Below are positions 13,860 to 26,200 of a stretch of DNA of 64,000 nt, piece by piece (position 1 is the stretch's first letter; every line of letters starts with the position of its first letter). The notes under the pieces were generated by a model, which made no database searches, was not told the origin of the DNA, and saw only the letters and a program-made list of their open reading frames with translations. Position numbers and translations under genes: made by a program. Source of the DNA: Vicugna vicugna (taxonomy: Eukaryota); contig MU058198.1 of NCBI GenBank assembly GCA_013265495.1, forward strand, positions 5,905,779 through 5,969,778. The letters are read 5' to 3'.

Positions 13860-14230
13860 GCTGAGGGTTGGACTCTCGGGACCCCCGGGAGTTTCCGGGG
13901 TCCAGGTATGTCCCTTCTTGCACTCCTCGGAGCCAGTTTCCACATCTGTGAGAAGCAGTGGCTCCCGGCCATCCTGCCTGCCTTTAAAGGTCGACCGTGA
14001 GGCCTGTGGGGGCGATGTCACCCGTCCGCAGGAGGCCGACGTCACCCTGGTGGCCCCAAATGCCTTCCTAGCAGGCGACCTTTGGAGAGCAGTGAGCCTT
14101 GCCGTGGGGCCGGGCCGCCTCCTCTTTCTTACTCCCCGGGGGAGGAGCCGCGGCCCTGTGGGCGGGGCCTGCGGGAGCGGCTCACCACATCCTCCTCTTC
14201 CTCCCCACCCTGCGCACGCGGTGGGGCAGG
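13860..14230 (+). promoter_or_regulatory. IL21R: GC/CpG-rich TATA-less IL21R promoter
   Basis: CpG-rich island upstream of exon 1. kB-like GGGAGTTTCC 13887-13896, CRE-like GACGTCA 14038-14044, GC box TGGGCGGGG 14159-14167. Confidence 0.7.
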
Positions 14231-14782
14231 GATGGCAGGCACCGCCTCTGGCAGATCTACTGGCGTCTCTGCCGAGTGACCGATGGTCTCGGGGTCCAAC
14301 TGTCTGCTTGCTTCTCCCTTAGTGTGACTGACAGCCACAGGGCTGCCTGCCTGCCTGCCTGCCTCCCTCCCTGCCTGCCTGCCTGTCTATCTGACTGGCT
14401 GGACAGCTGCCTGTTTGCTTGACTTCTCTCTGTCTGCCTGCCTGAGCAGCCCTTGTCTGCTGTCTGTCCATCCCTGGTGCAGCGGATCGGTCCCTGCGCC
14501 TACACTCTGTCTTCTGGCAGTGTGTGACCTCTTTGGGATGTGACTGATCGTTGCGTTGCCTGCCGACGGGGAACGCAACTGCCGTCCGTCTGGTTGACAG
14601 CTCCCGTGCTGCTGCTGGTCGGGGGGACTCCGGGCAGGTTGTGGCTTCCCACCTCAAACCCCTGCCTATTCTCCCAGACCCCCATTTCCCACTCCCACGC
14701 TGAGCAGAGCTGCCACTCGTGGGAGCCCACTGGATTGCCCTGAGCACACACAATGGATTTCTGAGGGAGAAGTAGAAAGCAG
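14210..14782 (+). other. IL21R: IL21R non-coding exon 1 (5'UTR)
   Basis: Ends at CAG|GTAACT donor (GT at 14783). Resembles the human IL21R 5'UTR as I recall it (ACTGGCGTCTCT...TGACAGCCAC...ATGGATTTCTGAG). Start is approximate. Confidence 0.75.
14343..14385 (+). repeat. (CTGC)n microsatellite in the IL21R 5'UTR exon
   Basis: Directly visible. Confidence 0.9.
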
Positions 14783-17700
14783 GTAACTTGCCTCCAGCCC
14801 ATGTTCTGGGGTGGGGGAGGGGAGGGGAGGGGGAGGACATGGAGGGGTCCTGTGCCCTCATCACAGCTGGGGTCAGTGAGGCAGCAGAATTGGGCTGGAG
14901 TCTCTTGTTCAGCCCAGCTCAGGAGGACTGGCGTGCTTTTCTGTCAGTCTGCTAGAGGCCCTGGGGACACGGAGGCAGGGGCATGGCTGAGATGGCCCCC
15001 TGAGCTTGTGGAAATCAGCCTCCCAAAAGGCAGGGGCTAGGTGGGGAGGTGGGGAGAGCTGGTTCCAGACCGAACATGATGTGACATTCACTGTGGTTCT
15101 GGGCAGCTGAGCAGGGCAGAGGTGGGCACGAGTGTGATGGGGCCGGTTTGGGGGAGAGAGAGGAGGGACTGACTTTGTGCCAGGTTCTGTGTTTTATCTC
15201 CTTTATTTTGTCTACATTCTTCAAAATGGTTTGGTGTGCCCATTTCACAGATGAAAACTGAGGCTCTGAGAGGTAGAGTGTTTTTCCCAAGGTGACTCAA
15301 CCAGTACGTAGCAGGGTGGGCAGGTGACTTGGAGGCTGGTCCTGACCTGCACAGACTGTCTCCTCATCTCAGGAGAACACAGGGGATGGGTTGATGGCTA
15401 GAGAGGTGAATGGGTTCTGGGTGTGCAGAGGAGAGGGGAGTGAGGAGACTTGGGGAGGCTGAGCCTTGAAGAATGTGTTGAATTTTTACTTGTGAAAAAA
15501 TGGGGAAGGTAGGAACAGGCAGACACACTCCTGGCAGAGAAGCGGATGAGTAAATGCCTGGAGGGGAACTTAGGATGCAGAGGACTGCAGGAGGGGTACT
15601 TAGGATGCAGAGGACTGCAGGAGGGGTGGGGATCATTAAAAAGTCAGGGGCTGCTCCTAGGAGGACATCTGTGTTCCCCTAGGGGAAAGTGTGGGGATTT
15701 TAGAAGCACATGGTAGAGTGGGAAAAACCTAGGTTCAAAATCCAGCCATGCGGCTTCATGGCTGGATGAACTTGAGCCAGTTTCTCTGCTTCTTCTAGCC
15801 TCATGGAACCTTGGTCTTCTCATCTGTAAAATGGGGACAAGGGCAACTCCATCCCCATAGGGCTGGTTGTGAGGGTTTGAGGGCATAAAAATCTAAAAGC
15901 TGCTGTCTGGAGGCTTGCCTGGGAAGGGATTTGCATCATGAAGAGCCTGGAGCCCACAGAGGAGAAAAGCCAGTTTCCAAGAATGGTAGAAAGTGCAGGG
16001 ACATGCTTGGGAACCCACAGTCCTGCCTCTGAGGCCCCTGGGGTCTGGGGCACCTGCGTTGAGCATGTAACAGGTGCTTGAAGTTCTCCCATAATCCTCA
16101 CAACACCAGGTAAGGCTGATGGCCTCATTCAGCCCATTTTACAGATGAGGAGACTGAGGCTCAGTGGGAGAAGCTTGCCCCAGGTCAAGTATGACTATAA
16201 AAGGCAGAATTGGGTTTGGACCTTCAAGGTGACAGCCTACTGATCAGGATAACATAAAACCAAGAGTTGTAGTCCTTGGGCACTTTCTGATCAAGGGGGC
16301 TGGGCAGACCCCAGAGGGGGAGCCCCAATCTCCTGTTCCCTGTGGTGGGTTCAGCAGAAGCCCTGGTCCTGCCTGCCCCACACCTGGCAGGGAGTCTGGG
16401 TCCTCACAGCCCCACAGTGGAGGAAACTAAGAGCCCTTAATGTTAGGAGGTGGCCAAGACCCTGGGATGGGAGAGGTGAGGGAAATAAGAGGCTGAGCCC
16501 CAGGCAGTGCTGGCTCCTACCTGCCTAACAAGGAAGAAAATGGGCCTAGAGGTGGGGATTGAGCCCAAAGGGGCTTGTGGGCAGAGGGAGGGGGCTTGCT
16601 GGAGGAGAGGGCCAGTTCAAGAGAAGATGGGAATGAGAAGGGCAGGCCACCAGAAGTTTTGGGAGGGACCAGCTTCTCCACAGCATCAGTACCTCCCTGG
16701 TACCTGATAAATGAATGAGAAGAAGGAAGAAAGGGCATCCTTCCTCCCAGCAAGGGGAGCCAGTGCTTGCAGAACCCCAGGCAGGCCAGAATGATGGCTT
16801 GGCTTCTCCACACACCTGGGAGGGCTCTGCTGTCAGATGGCGGGGGTTAGGCTCACCAAAGCCTACCAATTGTGATCTGGGGCTTTGGAAACAGCCAGAC
16901 CTGGGTTTGAGTCCCAGCTCCATCCCTCAGTACCTCTGTGACCTGGAGTAAGTCACTTAACTTTTCTGAACCTTCAGTTTCCTTATCTCTGATATGGAAA
17001 TAAGAATGCCTCTCTCAGGTTGAGGTTTTATTCGAGATGTTTTTACTGAGCACTGTCCTAGGTCCTGGGTTTTCAGTGGTGCACACACAGAGCCAGTGCC
17101 ATTACGAGGGGAGAGAGCTTAGCAGTAGCTCACGATAAATAGAAGCTATTATGTTTTACTTTAAGTATCGCTGGTAATAATTGTCTCGTTATCACCCAGA
17201 ACACCTGGTGTAGCTTCTGGCCTATACAAAACCTTCAATAAATGACAGTTCTTCTGATGAGTCTACTCCCCCCTTTCACAGATAGGGGAACTGAGGCTCC
17301 AGGCCAGGTGAGCATCTCTAGGGTCACCCAGGGAGTCATTTACAAGCAGAGGGAAGAAAGCCGTGAAGACAGGGGAATAAATAATTCTTCAAGGAGGGGA
17401 TCGTTCCCCCATCACAGCCCCTTCCTCACACACTGCTCCCTTCCCTGCCCTGGGGTGCACCCCAGCTCTGAGGGGCCAGGGAAAAGAGGAGCTGGAAGGA
17501 GCCCCAACCCCACCTCCTGGCTCACAGGTGCCACCGCCTCCACTCCCAGCCCTGGCACTCGGCCAAAGGGACTTTTTACAACAGCTCAAATGAGAGCTCT
17601 GAGTAAACTTGGAACTTCTGAAACAACCTGAGAATATTCCCCGGGGTGTGGGCAGAGGCCCCTCTGAGGGCCCCCGGATGGTCAGGACACCTGCAAAAGG

Positions 17701-18179
17701 GCCCTAGACTGCTGGTCCTCACAGACCCCACTTAAATTGTCTTGAGGGAGGTGTGGCAAGCGCACATTACTCACAAACCTCCAGTGTACCTGGTGCCTGC
17801 CTCACACTCCTTCAGCCAGGCCAGGGCCCCTGCCCCTAGCCTACAGATGAGGAAACTGAGACTCAGAGAAGAAAATAGATGTGCCCGAGGTCCCACTAAG
17901 AGTGGCAGAGCCTCCTTCCTGATCCAGGGCCACCAGGCTGCTTCTTCCCCAGTCCGAGAGCCCTGCCTAGGTAAGAATTCTCCGTGTGACCCTGGGCAAC
18001 CCACTGTCCCTCTGTGAAAATTTGCTACTAATCTGATGACCACAGTCATGATCACTTGGGTAGGGGGAAGTTCCTGGGGCAGAGACAAAGTTGATGGAGA
18101 AACCAAGGCCTCCTGGGGGCTGCCTCAGGGCCTGCTCCTTGTTTGACTGGAAACAGCAATTTGTAGCCTCTAACATTCA

Positions 18180-19290
18180 TTCAGTCTTCTTCTTCAGCTA
18201 CTTGTTAAGCATTTATTATATTCTGAGTCCTATTCTATGCATTAGGGATGCCCTAGTGAACCAAACAGGTAAATTTCCCACTCTTTTGGAGCTTATGCTT
18301 CAGGTTGGAGACAGGTCATAAACACAAAAACAGAAACATTTACTAAGCAAATCTTAGTATTACAATTGCCAAGAAGGAGGCAAACAAAGGGGTATGTGAC
18401 CTGGAGAACCTCAGGGGACACCCATTTCAGACAGAGTGGATTGCCTCCTTGAGGAGGCAACATTGTAGCTGAAACCTGAGGATAAGAAAGCAAGGCAGCA
18501 TGGAGGGTGGGAGGAGTGTTCTAGGCAGCCAGAATGGCATGTGCAAAGGTCCTGAGGTGGGGAAAAGAAGTTGGGGCTTTGGAGCTCTTATCCTTATCAA
18601 GTATGTAAAGATCCTCAATGCACTGAGTTTAAGAAAGGAATCAAAAAGAGGAAGATTTAAGTTTGGAGTGTATGGTCTACATGGATTTCAATATTGAGAG
18701 TAAGCTTCAAGATCCGTCATGATTGAAAGCATTTTCTTGCATTTAGTCACTCATGTAACCAGTGCTTTGAGCACCTACTATGTGTCAGGCACTGATTAGC
18801 CACTGCCATTCAGCAGTAACCAAGAAACACATGGTTCCCATCTAGAAATTGCCAAGACTGTTGCTAAAAAACATTGTGAGCTGTGTGCTCTGGTGGAAGG
18901 AGGGACCCCAGAGGAAGGAGTGACTCATATGCCTTCCTTGGAGAGGTCAAAGAATTACAAAGGAGATGACATTTAAACTGGATTTTGAAGGCTGAGTAGG
19001 AGGGCTGATCATCAGCCAGGGAGAGTGGAAGGTTCTGGTGGTTGAAACTGCACGTGTGAAGGCGTGGAAGCCAGATGAATGGGGATGTTGTGACGCCGTT
19101 GGGGATCAGAGCACCTGGACTCCAGGGTGAAGACTGAGGGGCAGAGGGAATGTCGGGGAGCAGATCCGGACATGTTTTGAATGCAGGGCTAAGGAATTGG
19201 GGGTTTTCTCTGATAGGCAATGGGGAGCCACAGAAAGAGAGTTGGAGGGGCCACAGCTGGAGGCAGGGAGGTCAGGGAGGAGGCCAGGAG
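18180..19290 (-). mobile_element. L2 fragments
   Basis: GAGCACCTACTATGTGTCAGGCAC and ATGTGCAAAGGTCCTGAGGTGG motifs. A similar L2 lies at ~36770-37300. Confidence 0.65.
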
Positions 19291-19599
19291 GAGAGCAGGT
19301 GGGCAGAAGTCCTTGGAGACCAGGGATAAACTAGGAGTCCTTTCTTCTGTGTTCCCTCTTGGGAAGTCCCTCAGTCTTGACACTTCCCCTTCTGGTGACC
19401 TGTGGGCTTTTGTTTCTGGCATTTCTGGGGAGTCCCTCTTCACTCTCTTGGTCCTCGTGGGAAACAGGCCATTGTACTTTTACCACACCCCTCACCTTTC
19501 ACTTTCAAGCCCCAATCCCCACCTGGGTCACATCGGAGAGGATGACTGGCGTGAGTTGAACAAATCTCATTCCTGAATCATCAGTGTAGGAAAGGAGAT

Positions 19600-20087
19600 A
19601 CAGGAAAACCAAGAACTTGGGTTCGTTCCAGTTTGGGGAGTTTGTAAATAACGCTGCGGTGAGCGCCCCGGCACACGTGTGTCTGCTTGCATACATGGGA
19701 ACGCACTGTTCTTCAGTGCTTAACCTGCAGGTGGAATTGTTGGGCCTCCTGTTCAGCAAAAGTTTTCCCCAGGGGTTGCTCCAACTCACACTCCTGCCAG
19801 AAAACTGAGCAGGAATTGTGGGTTCTGATTCCTTCGTCTCCTTTTTTAGCACTGGAATTGTCAGCGTTTTCCACTTTAGCCATTCTGGGTTGATGAGTAT
19901 GAGAAGTGCTGTCATGTTGGGATATGAATTTGCATTTCTTTGACAAGTAATGATTTTGAGCACCTTTTAATATGCTTGTTGGCCATTTGGATGTCTTTTG
20001 TGACGTGTCTGCTTAAGATTTTGTCCATTTAAAAAAAAATTGAATTCTGTGTTTTTATAATTGTTTTGTAGGAGCTCTTTATCTTGG

Positions 20088-20132
<45 letters not shown>

Positions 20133-20275
20133 ACTATATAAAAATACAATATATAATTATATAAAAAACTATATATAGATAGAATCTCCCATTTCCGTTT
20201 CTTTTCTATTCTCTTTTTTTTCCTCAATTTCCCTTTTTGTTAGTGTCTTTTATAATTGAAAAATTTTCTAAATTC
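19600..20275 (-). mobile_element. Old L1 3' fragment with (CA)n(TA)n microsatellite at 20088-20128
   Basis: TTTGCATTTC...GAGCACCTTTT...TTGTTGGCCATTTGGATGTCTT. Confidence 0.75.
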
Positions 20276-21229
20276 AAAAGATACTTCCACTGGAGGAAAA
20301 AATAGGATCATAAGATGACCTATTGTCCCTTTTATACTGAGACCAATAAGAAATATCCCAATTTAATTAAGATAATATACTCCATCAACCAAGATATCTC
20401 CATCAACTTTTGGCAATTTATCGGACACCTCAGTATATTAATCAGTTATTGCCTGGTGCATATTTTTACAGATTTTAGACTTATGCATAAGATAATTGTG
20501 CAAGTATTTATTTTCCTCTTGATAAGCAATCTGGGAAGATACCAGGACATAAGAAGCATGATTTTTTACCATACATTCTACTTTTCTATACTTAAAAAAA
20601 TTTTTTAATAAGGAAAATAGTACATAAATTTTGCAGTGTGGCTTATAATTTCTTAAAATGAAACAAAGTTTCAAGGTCAAAATTAGCATTTGAATGTTGA
20701 CATTGAATCACATGTCAGTTGATTTCTACAAAGTTCCTTAATATAACATTTCTATTTTTTTTAAACCAGAGTCATACATTGCTATTTAAAATTAATTTCT
20801 TCTCTATAATTGATAGTTTATTTTATGACTTTGAATTCTCCCTAGTTTCAAAGATGGTGATATAAAGTTCCAAGTGAGTATTTTTAAAAACTGTGTTATT
20901 ATCATTAAAGAAGATGCAGTGTATTCAAGTGTCAGCGTATTTTAGTTTCTACGACATTACTGTCTTTATAAAATTGCTGAAAGCATGTGTTTGGATATTT
21001 TTGACATACTTCTTGAACAAAAAGACATAGACAAAGCTAGGAAAAATGCAATATTCAGTGTTGGTGTAACATTATAATTTATGGAGTAACAGTCTGTTCA
21101 TGAAATTTAACTACTCTGAGCAAGACCCTCAGGGCTTATGCATTGCAAGCACATACATTAAAAAAATAGTTTTTGCTTCCTTTTTGTTGTTGTTTTTGCT
21201 CAGTAATGCACCATATATTTTTTTCTTTT

Positions 21230-23206
21230 TGCCTCTTGACCCCCTTCACATAGTCCTCCCACTCCCACACTTCTTCTGGCAACCATCAACCAGTTCTCTG
21301 TATCCAGGAACTTAATATTTTTTTAGATTCCTCTTATACGAGAGATCACACAGTGTTTGTCATTCTCTGTCTGACTTATTTCACTTAGCATAATACTCTT
21401 GAAGTCTATCCATGTTGTCACAAATGGCAAGAGTTCTTTATGTTTTATGGATGAATATTATTCTGCTGTATATATACTCCACGTCATCTTCATCCATTCA
21501 TCTATTAAAGGACACTTAGGTTATTTCCATGTCTTGGTTATTGTAAATAATGCTGTAATGATCATGGCAATGCAGATATCTTTTCAAGACAGTGATTTCA
21601 TTTCCATCAAGTAAATACCCAGAAGTGGAATTACTGGATCATATGGTAGTTCTATTTTTAATTTTTTGAGGAACCTCCATACTGTTTTCCATAGTGGCTG
21701 TACCAAATACATTCCAACCAACAGTGCACAAGTGTTCACTTTTCTTCATATCCTCACCAACATTTGTTATCTCTTGTCTTTTGATAATAGCTATTCTGAT
21801 ATGTGTGAGGTGAAATCTCATTGTGATTTTGATTTGCAATTCCATGATGATTAATGATGTTGAGCACTTTTCATATACCTGTTGGCCATCTGTATGTTCT
21901 CCTTGGAAAAATCTCTATTTAGATCTTCTGCTTGTTTTACAGTTAGATTGTGTGACTTCTTTATGTATTTTGTGTATTAGTCCCTTATCAAATATATGAT
22001 TTGCAAATATTTCCTCCCACTCAGTAGGTTGCCTTTTCATTTTGTTGATGGTTTCCTTCAACTCGAAGGATGCTGTTTAGTATGATGTAATTTTACTTTT
22101 CTATCTTTGCTTTTGTTGCTTTTGCAACCTAGTTATATGTTTTCTCTTTCTTCGTAATTCAGTCTTGGTAGGTTGTATGTTTCTAGGAATTTATCCATTT
22201 CTTCTACATTATCGAGTTTGTTGGTGTATAGTTATTCGTAGCTGTGTCTTGTAATCCGTTTTACTTCGGTGGCATCAGTTGTAATGTCTCATCTTTCTTT
22301 TCTGATTTTAGTTATTTGAATCTTCTTTTTTCTTAGTTTAGCTAAAGATTTGTCAACTTTGTTGATCTTTAGAAATACATTTTATTATATTGATAGTCTC
22401 ATATTCAGTGCCTTTGTTTAACATTTACTGTCTAATGTTTATCTGTCAAAAATCTGGACTTTTCTAGGTATTCAGTCTTATATCATTCCAATCCTTATAG
22501 CTTTCTAATCCTTATAGCTTTCTATTTATACATTTATTTAGTTTTCTTGCCTTATGGCATTGACTAGGACCTCTAGTAAAAGACATGCTTGTCTTTTTCC
22601 TGCCCTCAAGGATGAAGTGTTCAGTATTTGACATTAAGGATCATGTTAACTGTTATAGTGCGTGCGTGCGTGCGTGTGTGTGTGTGTGTTTGTGTGTGTG
22701 TCTGTGTGTGTGCATGTGCTCCTTATCAGATTAAGAAGATTCCTTCTATTTCTGGTTTCCTGAGGGTGTTTCAAAATTATAAATGAGTGTTACAAGTTAT
22801 TAAATGTGTTTTCTGAACATGTTAAATTATCATATATAAAATTTCTTCTCTATTCCATTAATGTGGTAAAATAGATTACTGGTTTTCAGATATAATACAT
22901 ACCCTTGTATTCTTGGAATAAACCTCATGTGATAATGATGTATTATTTACTTCTGTATGTATCATCAGATTTGATTTGTGAATATTTTGTTTAGAATTTT
23001 TGTATGCATATTTATGAGAGAGATTAAACTATAATTTTACTTTCTTTTCATGTAAAGTATTCATTTCAAGGTTTTGTCTTTAATTCCAGTTTTTAGTTCA
23101 TTTACATTTTTTAGTGGCTTAATGTGCTATTAGATGCAGGTATTGGACCCTTTTTTATTGAAGTATAGTTGATTTACAATGTGTTAATTTCTGGTATATG
23201 ATTCAA

Positions 23207-23248
<42 letters not shown>

Positions 23249-26200
23249 TCTTTTTCATTATAGGCCATTACAAGGTATTGAATATAGTTCCCTGTGCTAT
23301 ATAGTAGGACCTTGTTGTTTATCTATTTTATATATATAATACTTGGTATCTGCAAATCCCAAACTCCCAATTTATTCCTTCCCACCCCTTTTCCCCCTGG
23401 TAAACATAAGTTTTCAATGTCTGTGAGTCTGTCTCTGTTTTGTAAATAAGTTCATTTATATCCCTTTTTTTTAAATTCCATATATATAAGTGATATCATA
23501 TGGTATTTTTCTTTCTCTTTCTGGCTTACTTCACTTAGTATGATGATCTCCAGGTCCATCCATGTTGTTGCAAATGACATTATTTTATTTTCTTTTATAG
23601 CTGAGTAGTATTCCATTGTGAGTGTGTATATATATATATACACACATTTAATAAAGTATTGATGTGTTTGGGGTTATGTCTACCATCTATTTGTTTTCCT
23701 TTTGTCCCATTTTTTAGATGAGTAAAGTTTTAAAAATTATTCTATTAGTTTGCTATACTTTCTTTTCTAATTCTTTTAGAGCTTATCTTAGAGATTACAA
23801 CATGCATACTTGATTTTTTTGGAGTCTACCTTATATTAGTACTTTTATCACTTCCCAGACAATACAGTGACCTTTAACTTTATTCACCCTTTCTTGTCTT
23901 TGAGGTATCATGGTGATTTATTTTAACTTTGCATATAATTTAAACTTCATAAGACATTATTATTTTCAGCAACTAATTTTTTATGTTTATAATACTCTCT
24001 ATTGCTCTTCATATCTTCCTACAGTAATTGCCTCCTATCTGAGATTGTTTTCCTTTTACTCCCAGAATTCACTTTATTGTGTCTTTTGACGCAGTCCGCA
24101 AGTGACAGATTCTCTCAGCATTTTTTGGGTGGATGTCTGAAAAAAATCTTTATTTTGCCTTCACTAAAAAAAATTGTAATTAAGATCTAATTCACATACC
24201 ATAAAATTCACTCTTTTAAAGTGCACAATTAAGTAGTTTTTAATATATTCATAAAGTTATGTAATGAGCAATACTATGTGACCACAGAACATTTTCATTA
24301 CTCCCCCCTCCAAAAAAAAATCCTATGCCTATTAGCTATCACTCTCCAGTCCCCCTCCCTCCAAAGCTCCAGCCCCTGACAGCCACTAATCTACTTTCTG
24401 TCTCTATGGATTTGCCTATTCTGGACATTCCATATACATGAAATCATACAATATGTGGCTTTTGTGTCTGACTTATTTACTTTAGATAAATTTTCAAGGC
24501 TCATCCATGTTGTAACATGTATCAGTCCTTGATTCATATTATGGCTGAATAATATTCCATTATGTGGATAGCCTACATTTTTTTTTGTCCATTCATCAAT
24601 TGATGAACATTTTGGTTGCTTCCAGTTTAGGGCTTTTATGAAAAATGCTGCTATGAACATTGGTGGATGTTGGTTTTCAGTTCTTTTCATTATATACCTA
24701 AGAGTCAAATTGCTTGGTAATGTGATAACACTATATTAACTTTTTGAGAAACTGTAAAATTGTTTCCATAGTGGCTGTACCATTTTACCACTCTCATCAG
24801 CAATGTATAAGGGTTCAACCCTTATATCCTCATCTACATTTTTTATTTTCCATTTTTAAAAATAGCCATCTAGTGGGTGTGAAGTAGTAACACACTGTAG
24901 CCTTTATTTGCATTTCCCAAATGACTAATGGTGATGAGCTTTTTCTCATGTGTTTATCGGTCATTAGTATATCTCCTTGGAGAAGTCATTATTCAAATCT
25001 TTACACACTCTAAAATTGAGTTGTCTTTTAGATGTTGAATTGTAAGGGTTCTTTATATATGGTGAACAGTAGACCTCTAACAAATATATGGTTTGCAAAT
25101 ATTTTTCCCATTCTATATATTGTCTTTTCACTTTTTCTTGGTAGTGTCTTTTGAAGCACCAAATTTTAAAATTTGAAATAGTTCAGTGTTTCTATTTTCT
25201 TTGGTTGCTGTGCTTTTGGTGTCCCATCTAAGAAACTATTATCTAATACAAGGTTCCAAAGATTTACACCTGTATTTTATTTTAAGAGTTTAATAGTTCT
25301 ACCTCTTCATACTAGGTCTTTGATCCATAATGAGTTGATTTTTATATATGGTGTGAGATAGAAGTCCAATTTCGTTCTGTTGCATGTGGATATCCAGTTG
25401 TCCCAGTACCATTTATTTTAAAGACTATTCTTTTCCACCAGTGAATTGTCTTGGCACTCTTGTCAAACATCAATTGAACATAAATATATGACCTTCTTCT
25501 TGCACTCTCAATTTGATTCCATTGATCTATATGTCTATATATAAGCCAGTACCACACTGTGTAGATTAATGTAGCTTTGTAATAAGTTTTGCAACTGAGA
25601 AGTCTAAGTCTTCTAACTTTGTTCTTCTTTTTCAGGATTATTTTGTTTCTTCTGGCCACTTACATCTCGATGCGAATTTTAGGATCAACTTGTCAATTTC
25701 TGTAAAAGAGCCAGCTGGGATTTTGATAGGGATTATTTTAAATCTGTATACCATTTTGGGGAGTTATCTTGACAATATTAAGCCTTCCAATTCATGAACG
25801 GGGGATAGCCTTCCATTTATTTAGCTCTTCTATTATTATTTCAACAATGTTTTATAGTTTTTACTGTACCAATCTAGCACTCCTTTTGTTAAATTCCTGT
25901 TTTATTCTTTCTGATATTATTATAAATGAGTTTACTTTTTATAGTTCATTTTGTTCATCCCTGGTATACTAAAATACAGTTGATTTTGGGGGCGGGGTAT
26001 AGCTTACGTGGTCGAGCGCATGCTTAGCATGCAAGCAGTCCTGGGTTCAATCCCTAATACTTCCTCCAAAAATAAAATAAACCTAATCCCGCCTGCCACC
26101 AAAATAATTAAATAACACAAAAATAAAAAGTATATTTAAAAAAAGGTGAGAAATTATTTAAAAAATAAATAAATAAAATAAAATACAGTTGACTTTGTAC

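Noticed and set aside
13741..14322. 193-aa ORF over the promoter, plus the 181-aa antisense ORF at 14319-14864
   Set aside because: GC-rich, stop-poor region with no recognisable domain; overlaps promoter and 5'UTR.
22490..22523. Perfect 17-bp tandem duplication AATCCTTATAGCTTTCT (a similar 18-bp one lies at 61063-61095)
   Set aside because: Ordinary slippage duplications within repeat or intronic DNA.
25988..26060. tRNA-like sequence (also at 11.8, 33.8 and 56.1 kb)
   Set aside because: Has an A-rich tail and TSD and is multi-copy, so it is a SINE rather than a tRNA gene.
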